Shown here: positions 28,201 to 41,100 of the stretch, in pieces
Layout: every line of letters begins with the position of its first letter
Numbering within the stretch: position 1 is the stretch's first letter
Source: a virus
Taxonomy: Duplodnaviria; Heunggongvirae; Uroviricota; Caudoviricetes
Reading direction: 5' to 3' (one strand)
Length of the DNA stretch: 64,000 nucleotides
IMG/VR virus record: IMGVR_UViG_3300032303_001313
Location: 17,172 to 81,171 of that record
The notes under the pieces: model-generated
What the model was told of the DNA's origin: nothing
Seen by the model: only the letters and a program-made list of their open reading frames with translations
Database searches by the model: none
Translations under genes and position numbers: made by a program

Positions 28201-31200
28201 AAAGTTAGTGAAGATACTCGCGGTCAAGCCCTGTTCAATAATGGTGCTACGGGGATGGCTTTACAGTTCAAGGGTAAAAAGGCGGCAGCAAATACTAATA
28301 CAATTGCTCATGAAACAGGACATTTAGCAGATTATGCTTTAGGTGGCAAAAGAAAACTGACTAGTAAAACGCAGGGAACTTTCCAATTCGATTTAGTTGA
28401 GAAAGTTAAACCCCAAATAGAATCAGCACTCAAAGACGCAGGCTATAGTGCTAAACAGATCAAAACATATTTTGCTAGTAATGCAGAATTGTTTGCAGAA
28501 TTTTTTGCAAAGTCTAGTCCAGCAGTTAGGGCGATAATTACTTCTACTACCGATTCTAAAGTCGGAATGGCGAAACTAGCAAAGCACTTAAATCAAGTTG
28601 GACATACTTTTGCTGGTTTACAGGCTTCTGATATTTCTGTTACTCCACTATCAAGAAAACCAACCAAAGCAAGCACTATAGGAATGTCTACTGCTGATGT
28701 TTTAGCAGCAGCAAAGGCTCAATCGCGTGGAGGTACTATGCCTTCTGGTGTAGGAAAGTCTAATCCTAATCCATCTTCTACTGGCTTTAGCCCTTTAATG
28801 GGGGTTTCTATTGCTAGTAGTATGGCAACTCAATTTTTACCAGCATTAGAGGATAGTAGTGGGTCATTAGTCAAACTATCACACGATATACTTAATTTAG
28901 TTACTACAGTTGCTTCTGTAGGTTTTGCTTTAGAATCTTTTGGACTTAAGTTAAGTGGTGGAAAAATGCTTGACTTTTTCTCAGGAAAAGGTATTGCGTT
29001 TAAATCATCATCAATGATGAAAGGCTTAATGGATGCTGGATTGAGTAAAGGTTTTGCTACAAATATTACACTTGCTACAAAAGCATTATCAACAATTGTT
29101 GGCCCAATTACAGCAGTTGTTGGCGCTCTTTGGATTGCTAAAAAAACAACTGATATGTTTGTAGAAGCGTTATTCGGAAATGCTCAAAAAAGAAAAGAGG
29201 CTGCTATACAAAAAGGTGATATATCCGAAGCAGGAAAACAAGCCAAGATACAGTCTGATAGGTCAACTTATGGAACTGGAATATTTGGCGGCGCTGCTGT
29301 AGGTACAATATTGGGAGGATTGGTTGGTGGTATTGTGGGAGCATTTGGTGGCCCAATTGGAACTGCTATAGGCATTAAAGTTGGTGCAAGCGTTGGTACT
29401 ATAATTGGCGGTAGTTTATCAGCAGTATTTGGAGGAAATTTTGCAGACGAGGCCGCAACTACTGCTATGGCTTTTGCTGCAAACAGTAAAGCCTCACAAG
29501 ATTTAGCAAAAGCACAAAATGATGCTGCGTTAGCATCTGAAAAGTTTAAAAATGGAGCAATTTCTGCTGATGAATATCTAAGTAAATTTTCATTGTCTGT
29601 AAATTCTATTAATGAAAGTAGAAAATACGCAAATGATGTAGTAGCACAAAGTACTAATAACAAATCAGAATATGGTAGTGGAAAAATATTAAGAAATCTA
29701 GGTGCATACTTAGGTGGCGGTTTGTTTGGGATGGAAACTGCCGACACAAGAAATAAGAGACTTTCACAGGAAGGCGTAGACGTTGTAAAATCTCAAAGAG
29801 AAAATGAGTCAAAATTATTTGATTCTAGTACTGAGGCTAGAAACGCTGTAATTAGAAACACAATTGCTAGAGGCGGTTCTATAAGTGACGCTCAAAGAAA
29901 GATTAAAGAGCAAACTGGATTTGATTCAGAAGATATGAGAAGAAGGGCTTCTAGTTTAGGACTAAAAGCAGAAAAAGCAAGACAATCTGGAGATGTTAAA
30001 CTTGCAAGCGAGTTAGATGCTCAATCTAAGGGGATATTTGCTCAAGCAAATCAGTTAGAAGATTCATTCATTAATCTTGAAAAAGAAGTAAAACGACAAA
30101 TTGATCTATATAATGCACTAAATTTAGGTCTTAGATCAGCGTCTGCAACATCTTCTGCTCTATCTACTGTAATGGGTAGATTTTCTAGTAGCCTAGACGT
30201 TGGGGGTTCACAATTTGTAAATGAGGTTCAGTTTTTACAGGAATCTTTAAGTAGTGCCGCTCAAGCAATAGATCAAAATGACATCAAAAATGCCATGAAA
30301 ACAGTCTCTACAGACTTAAAGAATCTTGGCGTTGGTGATCAGTATATTTCTAAGTTTGAAAACAATATTTTAGCATTTACTACGGCTCAACAGAACTACA
30401 ATAAAGCATTTGATAACATCAAAAAGTCTATGGCTGAGAAAGACTTTAAGGGTATGTCTGCTGACTCCTTAAAGACTGAATTTGCTAATGAATTAACAAA
30501 AGATATACCGGCAGAAGGTGCAAAGGCTTTAAAAGCCACAATAATGAGCCTTGACTTGTCGGATGAAGATGTTAATAAAGTCATTGCTGGAGACTTAAGC
30601 GTATTTGGCGACAAATTAACAGAAGCACAAAAGAAAATGCTTGATGATGTGCAAAAGATTGCACAAGATAGAGCAAAGGCCGAACAGGTTTTAATCGACT
30701 TTACAAAGAAACGTATTGAATCAGAACGGAATTTCGTTGCAGCACAACAGGAAGCAATTTCCTTATTCATGGAAGGCAGAGATTTACAAGCAAAATATGG
30801 AGGAACTGCTGTATCTAATAAGGAAAAGAGAGATGCAATTTTAGCAAAATCTAATATTGAATCTGGAAGATTGGGTCTTACAAATCTAAATGCTGGCGAT
30901 GCTGGAGACTTAAGAAGACGTAATGCAGAACTAAGACAGAATTTCGCTGCTATTGAAGGTAGACGAGCGTTGTCTGGCGGTATGAGTGGAATAAGTGGAG
31001 TAGGTGCTGATGAATTACAAAAGGATTTAGACAAAGCATATAAAACACAGATAGAAACCATTCGTAATCTCATTAGATTAGAAGAAGAACAACTTAAGAT
31101 TACAGAGGAAAAGAACAAACTTGAAAAAGACTCTTTAGAATCCTTAGTTAAGGGAGATATTGAGGAATTTTTCAAGAAACAGGCTTCTGTTGGTGCTACT

Positions 31201-32136
31201 GCCGCTATTGCTAGTGGCGATAAGAGATTAATGAGATTTTATGGAGCAGACGCTCTTGGTGCAGCATCTTTAGATATTAAGAGGCAGCAAGAGGCTGGAG
31301 TACAAGATTTATATGGTAGAAAACTGGCTGGAGTTGGTGGATTAGCAGAGTCTTCCGCTAATGCTGCACTATCTGCTAGAGGCGTTACAGATATGAGAGC
31401 AGCACAAATGATGGCTGGCACTACGGCTGGAGAAGAGGCTAGTAAGGCTAGACTTAGAGAATTAGGTGGATTACTAGGCGAAACTGGTCAACTTGGAGCA
31501 GATATGGCAGAAATGCAAGTTAATACTGCTACAATAAATGTAAATAGTGCTAATATCAAGTTTAACGAGACTATGGAAAGAGGCAATCGTGCTGCCCAAG
31601 AAGCACTTGATATAGAAAATAAGACCGCATTTAAGTCTAGGGGCGGAATGATCTATGCAAGTAGGGGTATATTTGTCCCTCGCGGAACTGATACTGTACC
31701 GGCCATGTTAACTCCCGGCGAGTTTGTAATCAATAGAGCCGCAGTACAAAGAGGTAATAATTTACAACTATTACAAGCCATGAATAATGGTGCAGGAAGT
31801 GTATCTAATGGTAGCGGTGCAGCACTAATGGCCCGAGGCGGTGTTGTTAGATATAGAAGTGGCGGAAGTTCTGATCCAGAACAACCGGGCAATATGTCTA
31901 AGTTTACAACAGCATTAGAGAATTTCAATAGAGATTTAGCCAAAAATGTTGAATCGCTTAAGGGTATAACTATTAGTATCAAACTAGATTCTACAAATGT
32001 TAATGTGAACCTAAATGATGGTGGTCTATTGAAGGCTTTAACATCCCAAGTGAAATCTGAACTATTCGGTGCTATTGAGAAAGAGTTTAGAGTTTCAGAA
32101 GGTGGAAATCTCAGAAGAAATACCGGTATAGTATGA
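25204..32136 (+). CDS. Tape measure protein (TP901-like core) with inserted domains
   Basis: A..FE.QL.KV.QVTG...L...I..LA...GVAS..L TP901-type core; long Ala/Gln helical regions; Gly-zipper hydrophobic segment; three DT(V/I)PA(M/L)L(S/T)PGEFVI repeats. Confidence 0.9.
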   Translation: MSRFVLTAQLQLQAPSNVRQVVQQIQSQLQGVVVNVQVQNATQAQRQIQQVTQSTNQATTAAERMGRAFALSVRRFAAFSIATRGVGLFTSSLGDAVQSAIDFERQLIKVSQVTGKSVSQLRGLTKQISNLATNLGVASSDLLNVSTILAQAGLSAEDTAAALKTLAKAALAPNFDSMSETAEGAIAILAQFKEGVGALEKQLGSINAVAGAFAVEASDLIDVVRRTGGVFKSSGGNLNELLALFTSVRATTRESAESIGTGLRTIFTRIQRPKTIEYLKQFGVQLTDLNGKFVGPYEAVKRLSEALSGLSEGDITFIGIAEELGGFRQIGKVLPLLQQFSTAQSALNVAMKAGDSLTQDAASAQAALAIRVMKVKEEFLALIRSVTETSTFQVMANTALTLASALVKIGDAIKPLLPMLGALAAIRLVRGMGNFFGGIGQGITSGRTYNSGGKVLGFARGGLVPGSGNSDTVPAMLSPGEFVIRKSSVSKLGTSNLEAMNSNKYAAGGIAKWQDIKGKNPSLTDNQAQRIANGTLTLDRALSGPKKQGRDKLKTAYLKDNTVGGLFLQKGDGGTKGIDKILKGEEISGFPGVKRVKGNITTALLSDKPKSSLRAEIEPAIVRAVEAASVNTMKALEIPPLDIDEKKASQNAVKRIDVGSIEGHIFEAFISAMSGANISDTGAPFDFVNLNPQSRKKLKNIFDGSVEGRLLDAKRTQSSDSVVSGTNSISNKVISAMKDPRLLSRDDFIMKHFGGVIQKFSQGGTPELYHRGTTPYSIDDMKEAAKRNGMTFAQLKAMLDEREKGGWQDFIIPWNEVSKKFGLYPYQPGSPAMAAAVNAKINKEDRIDAWKKKQGMMTSEYEGQSKEQKMFLSRRRKFATGGGVGTDTIPALLTPGEFVINKSSAESIGYGNLNRMNKVGKYAKGGTVGKPQRLFVGGVAGKHIERVAGYRELTGVDDAVKTMESIVKGLGPAMKSAIMDSFAGIESVKGGDRTKFRGNKVSEDTRGQALFNNGATGMALQFKGKKAAANTNTIAHETGHLADYALGGKRKLTSKTQGTFQFDLVEKVKPQIESALKDAGYSAKQIKTYFASNAELFAEFFAKSSPAVRAIITSTTDSKVGMAKLAKHLNQVGHTFAGLQASDISVTPLSRKPTKASTIGMSTADVLAAAKAQSRGGTMPSGVGKSNPNPSSTGFSPLMGVSIASSMATQFLPALEDSSGSLVKLSHDILNLVTTVASVGFALESFGLKLSGGKMLDFFSGKGIAFKSSSMMKGLMDAGLSKGFATNITLATKALSTIVGPITAVVGALWIAKKTTDMFVEALFGNAQKRKEAAIQKGDISEAGKQAKIQSDRSTYGTGIFGGAAVGTILGGLVGGIVGAFGGPIGTAIGIKVGASVGTIIGGSLSAVFGGNFADEAATTAMAFAANSKASQDLAKAQNDAALASEKFKNGAISADEYLSKFSLSVNSINESRKYANDVVAQSTNNKSEYGSGKILRNLGAYLGGGLFGMETADTRNKRLSQEGVDVVKSQRENESKLFDSSTEARNAVIRNTIARGGSISDAQRKIKEQTGFDSEDMRRRASSLGLKAEKARQSGDVKLASELDAQSKGIFAQANQLEDSFINLEKEVKRQIDLYNALNLGLRSASATSSALSTVMGRFSSSLDVGGSQFVNEVQFLQESLSSAAQAIDQNDIKNAMKTVSTDLKNLGVGDQYISKFENNILAFTTAQQNYNKAFDNIKKSMAEKDFKGMSADSLKTEFANELTKDIPAEGAKALKATIMSLDLSDEDVNKVIAGDLSVFGDKLTEAQKKMLDDVQKIAQDRAKAEQVLIDFTKKRIESERNFVAAQQEAISLFMEGRDLQAKYGGTAVSNKEKRDAILAKSNIESGRLGLTNLNAGDAGDLRRRNAELRQNFAAIEGRRALSGGMSGISGVGADELQKDLDKAYKTQIETIRNLIRLEEEQLKITEEKNKLEKDSLESLVKGDIEEFFKKQASVGATAAIASGDKRLMRFYGADALGAASLDIKRQQEAGVQDLYGRKLAGVGGLAESSANAALSARGVTDMRAAQMMAGTTAGEEASKARLRELGGLLGETGQLGADMAEMQVNTATINVNSANIKFNETMERGNRAAQEALDIENKTAFKSRGGMIYASRGIFVPRGTDTVPAMLTPGEFVINRAAVQRGNNLQLLQAMNNGAGSVSNGSGAALMARGGVVRYRSGGSSDPEQPGNMSKFTTALENFNRDLAKNVESLKGITISIKLDSTNVNVNLNDGGLLKALTSQVKSELFGAIEKEFRVSEGGNLRRNTGIV

Positions 32137-35100
32137 CCTGTTTAGTTTGTAATATAGACAATAGAACTAGATTTTCAACAGGTAGTAAACTGTCGGCCAC
32201 AGTTTCTGTTGATAATGGTTTAAGAGCAAGATTGTCTGCAATAAGTAAAGTAACTCCTAAGAACGGTGTTACTAGAGGATGCAAAGCCAATATCAGTTGC
32301 GTATCAAGCCTTGATTCTACTCCAAATGTTACTTTTGGGCCTAAAGAAGAATTATCCCACTTTGTAAATCTAGGCATTAAAGCATCTCCAGTTTGTAGTA
32401 TTCTTGGTAATGCTAGAAATAAGTCAGAATCTTCTCTTACAAATAAAGTGCCTGTTGATAAGTTTGTTGGTAAACCAAACTTCTACGCATCTTCAAAACT
32501 ATATCCAATTGGTGATATTTCCTTTAAGAACAAACTTTATAACACCAACATTGATGTACTTAATGGTCAATCAAATTCTATAAATTTGTATAGTAATATC
32601 GATGAAGGCGTTTTCGTTGGAGATTACACAGAAAATAGTAAGGTTGGTACATTATTATCTGATGATAGTCAATCTCTTATATTCCCAAGCGAAGTATTTC
32701 AGTCTGGCGACTTACAATATAAATTTAGAGTAACATATCCATTTGCTAATCCGGCTAATAGTTATCTTGCATTAAGAGCGTCGGCCTCTCTAGATGACTA
32801 CTCAGCCAGAAAGCCCCAAGGCTATAAAATCTATGATGTTCAGTTACAAGACCCTAGTGGAAACCTAATTGTACAATATGAAGATATTGATGTAAGGGGC
32901 GATAACAATTTTACAACATATCTATCTCAATCCAAAATTAACAAGGCTAATCAGCCAACTTGGAATTCAGATTTTCCATACATGGATTCTGGAAATCCTC
33001 TTAATTTACAATCACAACCATATTCGCTTACGTTAAACATTGGATATATTTGCGACCAATTTCCATTCGATCCTAAGTTCGATTTAGGATACGAACGTTC
33101 TTGTATTATTTCTAGCGGAACCCCTCACCCATTTAGATCATTATCTATTTCCGCAATTGAGATTGGAAACAGCGGCGGGGTTGGAGTAATCAAAAACAAT
33201 TATCTCAACTTTTTCTCTCAAGTAACTAATCAACCAAACTTACTATCAAGAAACCTATTACCAACTAGGTTGTTAGTTTCTAGTTTTGATAATGGTATTT
33301 ATCCGCAATCAACTAGTTTATGGACAGATTCTGTTGTTACTAATGCTAACGACAGTAACTCTTATTCATTACTTAACAAGATTAGAACTAATAGTAATAA
33401 CGAATTCATCACTCTTGACTATACTAATATTCAAAATAGTGGTAGATTAATCCTTAAGTTTGATACTAAGCCAGAACCTCCGTCTTACGACAAGTATGTT
33501 GGTGGTTCATTCTCTTTTGGTAATGATGGGTTTGAAAACGCCGACTTTGTAAATTATCTAGCAGATGATAACTTTTTCAATATCGAAAAGATTGAACTCA
33601 AAATAACAGCAAAGAAATCTGTTGGATCGGTTGATTATCCTATTGATGTGGTTGGATATAGTGATGACAAAATACTTTGCGTTACAAGTCCAGTGGGCGG
33701 ATTTTTGCAGAATAGCGGCACTTATGAATATGATCGTAATAATGTAGTAAACGCTTCTGGATTTAATAGCACCGCATTCTCAATTTCTAATACTGCTATT
33801 TCTGATCAGTCTCAGTATTTTAACGGCGATGCTTCTTATTATGGCGATCATTATGTTCTTAGTAGTGCAATTGTTAACTCTACTTCATTCACAGAGTATA
33901 CAGTTCCACTACAAATAACAGAGAACCCATTTTCTGTTGGATATAACAACTATTCATCTAGTTCATTTTTTGAGAACTTGTTTTTAGATATTGCCCCCAT
34001 TCCAAGCGGAGCATCTATATCAAATGTAAAACTTGTTGTATATTACAAACCATCAAATGGTTTGATGATGTACGGATTTGGAAGTCCAAATAATAAAGTA
34101 TCTGGTAGAAAAACACTAACTTTAGTACCGGGATCAAATGTTGGTGGAAATAGGATAAACACTATAGTTTATCCCGATACAAAATTTATTGGATTTTCAA
34201 ACCCGCTTGATATTAAAACTAATTATGCAAGAAGGTGGCGCGGCGTTGATGGAAATGTTGTGATTAGTGGCGATTTTAATCCATCTATTTATGATCTTTC
34301 ATTCAATCACAAGTCTGCAAATACCCCATTCCTTACCTCGTATATTGATTTTTCTAACGCTAGCGGAACTGGTATTTACGATCATAGAAATACATATGTA
34401 GGTAAATCAGTCATTAATCTCAATAAACTCTCTACTTTAGGGTGGAGATTTTCATCTAGTCAGTTGTTTGATAATAGTCCTACTACCGCATATACTTCTA
34501 TCTCATGGTCTAATCAAAGAAGAATATATGACTCATTTGATAATGTAGTTAGAACTTCTTCTGGCTCTCAGATAGAACTGTTCTCTTTAAATAACACTTC
34601 TCTTGCTAGTGGATTTGCACTTTATTTTAGGTATTGTCCAGATAAGGTTTCTACTAATGATTTTAACAATCATACTATTTTATCTTACGAAAATGGTAGT
34701 GATTGGAGTATGGCGTTAGTATCAGAAAATGGAAATTTGAAGTTTAATGTAAAAAAGTCTGATAATTCTATTGTAACTATTATTGATACTCAAGCATTAA
34801 ACTTATACGCTTTACCAGTACCAATCTTAATAACTTACAATAATGACAATACAAAAACATTTAAGTTATATACTGAAAATGATTTACTCTCAGGATTCAC
34901 AAATCTCCGTGCATCTTCTGCTAGCGGCATAATTCCAAAAAGTCTATCAAACTCATCCTTACGCATTGGGTACTCCGGTGCATATGGTGGCACGATTATT
35001 CCAATGTTCGTTACCGAAATTGGATGCTCTAATGGTTATTGCAATATAACTCAAAGTTCGACTAATCCTAGTTTGAAACAGACAACTGCTGCTGAATTCT

Positions 35101-38100
35101 TCAATTCATTTAGAATGCAGTATGCATCCACAAATGGAAACAACGTAAGATCAAATTTACATTCTTATATAGATGATGATATTTCTTTGTGGAAACTTGG
35201 CGACTTCAAAGTTTGTGATTTTTCACCAGATTTTAGTTTCTTCACTAAGAGTGATGGCAAAGACTATTTAGGTTTTAATCTAAAGCATCATGGTTCTGGA
35301 TACTCGCAAGTAGCAACTTTACCGCTACCAAGTAGTGTTAATCTATCTGGCGTGGCTTATCACTCTCAATTAGAAAGTGATTTTTTAAGATTCAATTTAT
35401 CCAATATTCCTTCTGTTGATTCTGGAAGATTTTATGCCGCTGCTCCAAGAATCTGTAAGACATTACCAAAGGGTTATCAGTTTAATGACGAAGCCATTTG
35501 TGTTGATACCATAGTTGAACACGAAACATATAATGATTTATTGTGGTCAGATGGTAAGGTTGGCCCAAAACTAATAGTTAGCCTGTACTCACCAACCTTA
35601 AATGATCCTAATCGTCCAAGTAAAGATTTTGGACTTATTAGTAGATCAACCCATTATCTTGAACCTTCTGGTTGTATTAGAAAATTAACTAGTAAGTTCA
35701 CATTTAATGATTTATTAGATACATCTGAACCTTGGGCGTCTTTTGATAAGGAAATATACTCACAAGAATTCAAAGAGAGATTTTTCACAAAAGATATTGA
35801 TAGTATGTTCTTACAGTATGATTTAGTTTATCCATCTGGAAAACCATTTACTTCTAATGTTAAGATTCATAGTGCTAATGTAAGACTAGATGATGCTATT
35901 ATCCATCTAGAAGAGAATAATAATTCTCTAAATATGTTCAACAGCGGCGATGCTTATCAATTAAAACAACTAAACCTATTTTCCCTATTTAATAGTGGAA
36001 CTGTTAGTAATTCTGGTTTCCACTTATACGTTAACGGTAGCGTTCCATCAACTTCGTCATTAAATGTATTCATCAATAGTAGTGGATATTTTGTAAACCC
36101 ACAAACTGTTAATCTATATACAGCATCAATAGGTAAAACTTATGAATCATTAGGAATATATGCCAGTGGAGCATTAAGAGTAGAGGCAAGTCTACCACTA
36201 ATTGCAAGCGGGTTTATACATACCAATAACAATAATCTCAATATTTATACTTTAGGCCCGAATGCAAACGAAGGCTCAATATCAGAGTTCGTTGGTCTTA
36301 GAGTTCTGGCTTCCAATTCATTAGTTGATTATTATCCAGAATCTAGTATGTCTCTGTCTATTGCTGGAGAGGAACTTGCTAGTACAAATGCATTTTCTAT
36401 ACTATATGTGGGCGGTATAGGAACAATTGGGTATAGTAATAATGACATTTCGTTATTTACCCTTAATTACCCCATTTCTTCTAAGTTAGCCGACAATAGT
36501 GCGTCGATAAATTGGACAAATCTAAATACCGGCTCAAATATAATGGCTAGTGATAATTCTTACGCTTATGTAGACTCTGACGATAATATTCGTGGGGTAG
36601 ATTTAGTATGTCAAGGTAATTGTTCATCTATAGGAGCGTGTGTAGAGATTCCTGTAGAAATTCATGGTATTAAGTGGTATGATCCCCCAATCTGTGTAGA
36701 CGGTGGAATATTCAGAGCAAAGAATACATATACTAATCTTTCTTATCCAAGCGGGTCATTTAGGCATACATTTGAATCTAAACAAGATAGTTTAATTACT
36801 GAAACCGGCGACTTTATTATTGCAAATAACAATGATATTATTACTATAAATATTCCATCATCATCTGTATATGATCCCATGCCATATAGTGGTCATTTCT
36901 ATGGTATTAAGAAGTATACTGGTTTAGCCCCTAATCTACCATATTTTGTTACTATAACTGGCAGAACCGGATCAGAAAAACCTATAGATATTCCTACTGA
37001 AATAGTCGAAATTGAATATAACAAGTATGAAAGTGACGATCCAAATGTTGATTATAATGGATTAAAAGTTCTACCCCCCAATTACAATCAAAATGATTAT
37101 TTTGGTAAATCTGTTGCTTCTAAAGAAAATGTATTAGCAGTAGGCTCACCATTTAGATCGCTTCCATATGAAAACGGATCATTACAAAATGCCGGTGCTG
37201 TTTTCTTATACAAGAGAAATGATAGACCAGAAGGGTATGAGTGGCCCCTAAATAATTACAAATCAGATTGGTCGCTTGATCAAGTTATTACTTTACCATC
37301 GGGCTTAATCAAAGACTATTCTATTTCATCACAAATAGAAGTCCCCGGATTACCATTCTTAGCCACACAAACAAAGTGGTTTGTTGGTCAAGAAGGTAGA
37401 CAATTTGGACATTCTATTGACTTATCGATCAATAAAGAAAATTCTAAACAAATACTAGTCGTTGGAGGCCCAAGTGCAAAATGGACTCCTAGAGAGTTTG
37501 ATAATAGCACTCCTTCTGGAGTTGGTATTGGTTTAATGATCTTTACTGACGAGTTTGAGCCAGTTATACCGGCCCCAACTTTTGGTAATCCATTCAGAGT
37601 CATTACATACCAAAATGTATTAGACGCTATCAACGGTAAAGACTTAGTATTTAACTATTTCTCTAATCCTAGAGTAAAATTTGACACTAAACTAATAATT
37701 TGTCAACCAATTGCTGATAGTACAGATATAGTCTCTCCACCGTTTCCAGATAAGCCAGACTTCATAACTCTAAAGTCAATCAGTAGAAACTATGGATATG
37801 GCAACGATCCAAATAAAACTTCAAAGATTGTAAATGATATGAAATCAGCATTCTTTGAAGCATTTCCTAATAGTATTCCTCCAATCTTAGGACTATATGT
37901 AGACAATAGTAATTCTTTAGGAAGAGAAGCACTAGAGCCAGCAATTGATCAATTTATTGACTTCTACAAGAGTTATAGTTTTTCTGGAGGATTGGTGGAC
38001 TCATTTGGAGTTAGATCGTCTGGTCAAGTTATAGAATACACTCCAGATTCATATGATGCAGAAAACTGGATTGAAATGTCTAAGACTATTCTATCAGAGG

Positions 38101-41100
38101 TTTTAGATACTGGTAATCTTGTCAATAATGATCAAATGAGATTCATTAGTAATACTGTCGGAACATTCAATAGTAACTTGGGCGATTTTAATCTACCTCC
38201 AGAGAGTGGTGGAAAAGTATATGTATTTGAAAAAGAAAGCGGTCATTGGAACCTAATACAAGAGATAAATTCACCTAATGTTACATATTCTACTCCAGAT
38301 CGTTTCGGACACTCGGTAAGTATTAGTGATAATGGCGAAGTAATTGCTATTGGTTCTCCATATATTAATCAAGCCGTTACTATTCTTGAAAGAAAAGATG
38401 TTAAGAAATCTTACTATCAACAACTTCAATCGTGGGTTGATAATAATAGACCTGACAAATATGGATCATATGAATCGTCTGACGAACTATACTTAGCCTT
38501 AGATGCTACAGATAAGTTCTTATCTCGTAAAGAGTTAAACATTGAAGAATATCAAACTGTTCACACTTTTGATTATTCTAATATGCAGCCACAAGGTAAT
38601 TGGTCATTTATTCCAAATGCCGTCGCCCCAACGTCTAGATTAGGATATAGTGTTGACGTTAATGAGGATGGAAGCGTAGTGGTTGCAAGTGCGCCAACAG
38701 ATAGTCTTAATCCATACAATGACGCAGACGTTTACTACAATTTCAATAATACATATACTGGTAAATTATATAGAACAGGATATAACAACCCAAATTCGTC
38801 AGGAGTTCCTACCGGTACTGTAAATAGTACTTGGTCATCTAGCGTAAATGCTGGATCAATTCACGTTTTTGAATCAAGAAAGTATTACCCGCACAATACA
38901 GTAATTGAATATGGAAGGTTTGGAAACCTCCATGAAATGATTAGCGATAATACTCCAGATTCTGGACACTTTGGATATTTATCACAAATCTTTGAAGATA
39001 AAAACTTCACTAAGACCGAATTCTCTGATTCTGAAATTCCAACAGAAGCAGGGTTGGCTTTCATTATCACTCCCGCCGTTGATGCAATTACAAATAGCGA
39101 TGAAGTATTCGACAATATTTCTAATTGGTTAGCGTTGGGCGATAGAAACCTTGTATTAGTAGCAAATGATCCAATTTGGGAAGCGGGTGGTAAGTATCAA
39201 AAATCAAATGAAATACTTAACACACTATTGTCTAAATTGAATTCTCGCATGAGAATTGTGCCAGCAAGAACTTCTTATGAGTCTTTATCAACTGGATACA
39301 ATGATTTCAACAACATTCTACCGTCTTTCATCCCACAAGGATCAACACCTACATATGTACAAAGATTGCAGTTAAGAGGAAGCGGTGTTGCTGATGTTAA
39401 GATGTATTTTGGATATACTGATCAAATGTCTTGTGCAGAAGTCACTGATTGTTCGCCCGATCCAGTTAAAGTACAAATTCAAACCAAGTGCGAGATGCCT
39501 TTACGAAATTATGGCGATTTACGCGCTAAGTGGAACGAATCTTGTTGCACAAATGGAGGCATTTTAATATATGAACGTAATTGGCCCCTAGTATTTGGAT
39601 CATACGCTCCAGAATGTGGCGATACTTCATTCTCACCTAACCCATTAAAGAATTTCGAACCAGTTCCACTATTAGCAGCGGCTGAAAAGGTTCAAAATAC
39701 AGTAGTCTATCCTGCGGTTCCTGCACAATTCAAAGCATTCCCCAAATATGATACTATAGATTTGGGTCAGACATACTATGAATTTGGTAGCCCAATTGAT
39801 GATGACGCTTCTTTTGTTTACAATTCTGGCAATCAAGCATCACTAAATATTACTAATACATTAAGTTCCGAACTATTCTATAGACTATCTGAGGGTATTT
39901 TACAAGCCAGAGCAATTCCAAAGATTGATATAACTCCATATATCGACAAACAACTTGTATCAGACACTACTAATTACATAGTAGAACAGAAATATAATGA
40001 TTCATCTTCTGTAATTGTAATTGCTGGAAATGCAACAGAATCAGAAGATGTTCTTTACTCTGGTGCTGGCGATCAAAATGTCAAATTATACGTTAACCTT
40101 GTATCAAAAACAAGTAGTCAGAAGGGTTATTCTGATATTGCTAAACTTTACGGCGAGTTCAAATCGTCAAATCCAAAGTCTATACTAAAGACAGTATTTA
40201 CTCAGAACGGCAACTATGTCACCGAAAATCTAAATCCAAATCAGTTAAATAGTACCTATAACGTCGCTTGGATTGCTGGTATAAGTAGTCAGCCATCCAA
40301 TGAAGACGTAGAATTCATAACAAATTGGCTATCTCTTGGTAATAAGAAATTAGTGATAACTTGCGACAACGTTAGTGATGACGCTTCTGTTAGACTAGCA
40401 AGTTCTCTCCACGCTCAAGAATTATGTGAGAGACTAAATCTAAACATTAAAGTTGTTAAACTCCCCATTCTTGATACATACATAGAGAAGTCTGTTGGAA
40501 CAGTTTCTATAAATCAAGATCATCAAGCGGGTGGTTCGTTATTCCTAAAACCAAACCGCATTCTTTCGTTCCAAAATTTATCTCAATTCTATCCATTATC
40601 TGCTGGCGATTCTGTTATCTCAGTAGCATATAATTCTGAGAAAATATATGATGATGTTGTTAGAGAAAATGTAAACAGATATTGGGATACCAACGCCGGT
40701 ATTGCTAGGATAACTATCCCAACAATTCAAGGTTCTGGATACAAGTTATTTTTTACCGCCCTCTCTGATAATTTATCGCAAATAATTCCTCTAGATGTAT
40801 TTGTAGATAATGCTACTGTTGCACCTTCGTTATCTCCAGATATAGGCTCATTGTCTATTTTTGAGTTGGATAAAGACGGAGTTCAATTTATTTCTAAAGA
40901 GTTAAGTACCAGCGTTCCAAACATTAGATTGCAGGGTTCAGAAACTAAGTCTGTTAATATACAGGCTAATTCTGACTCAGTAAATGTATATATTTCTTCT
41001 GCTATACCAAGAGCGGCAGAACAATCTGCATTTATTCCTACTACTATGAAATTAGTTGGTGTTTCTGGAGTTAACATTCCAATTCATGAGAAAATTGCTC

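Noticed and set aside
25560-32377. Multiple antisense ORFs of 60-259 aa over the tape measure
   Set aside because: Expected shadows of a long biased-codon gene; no RBS or recognisable motifs.
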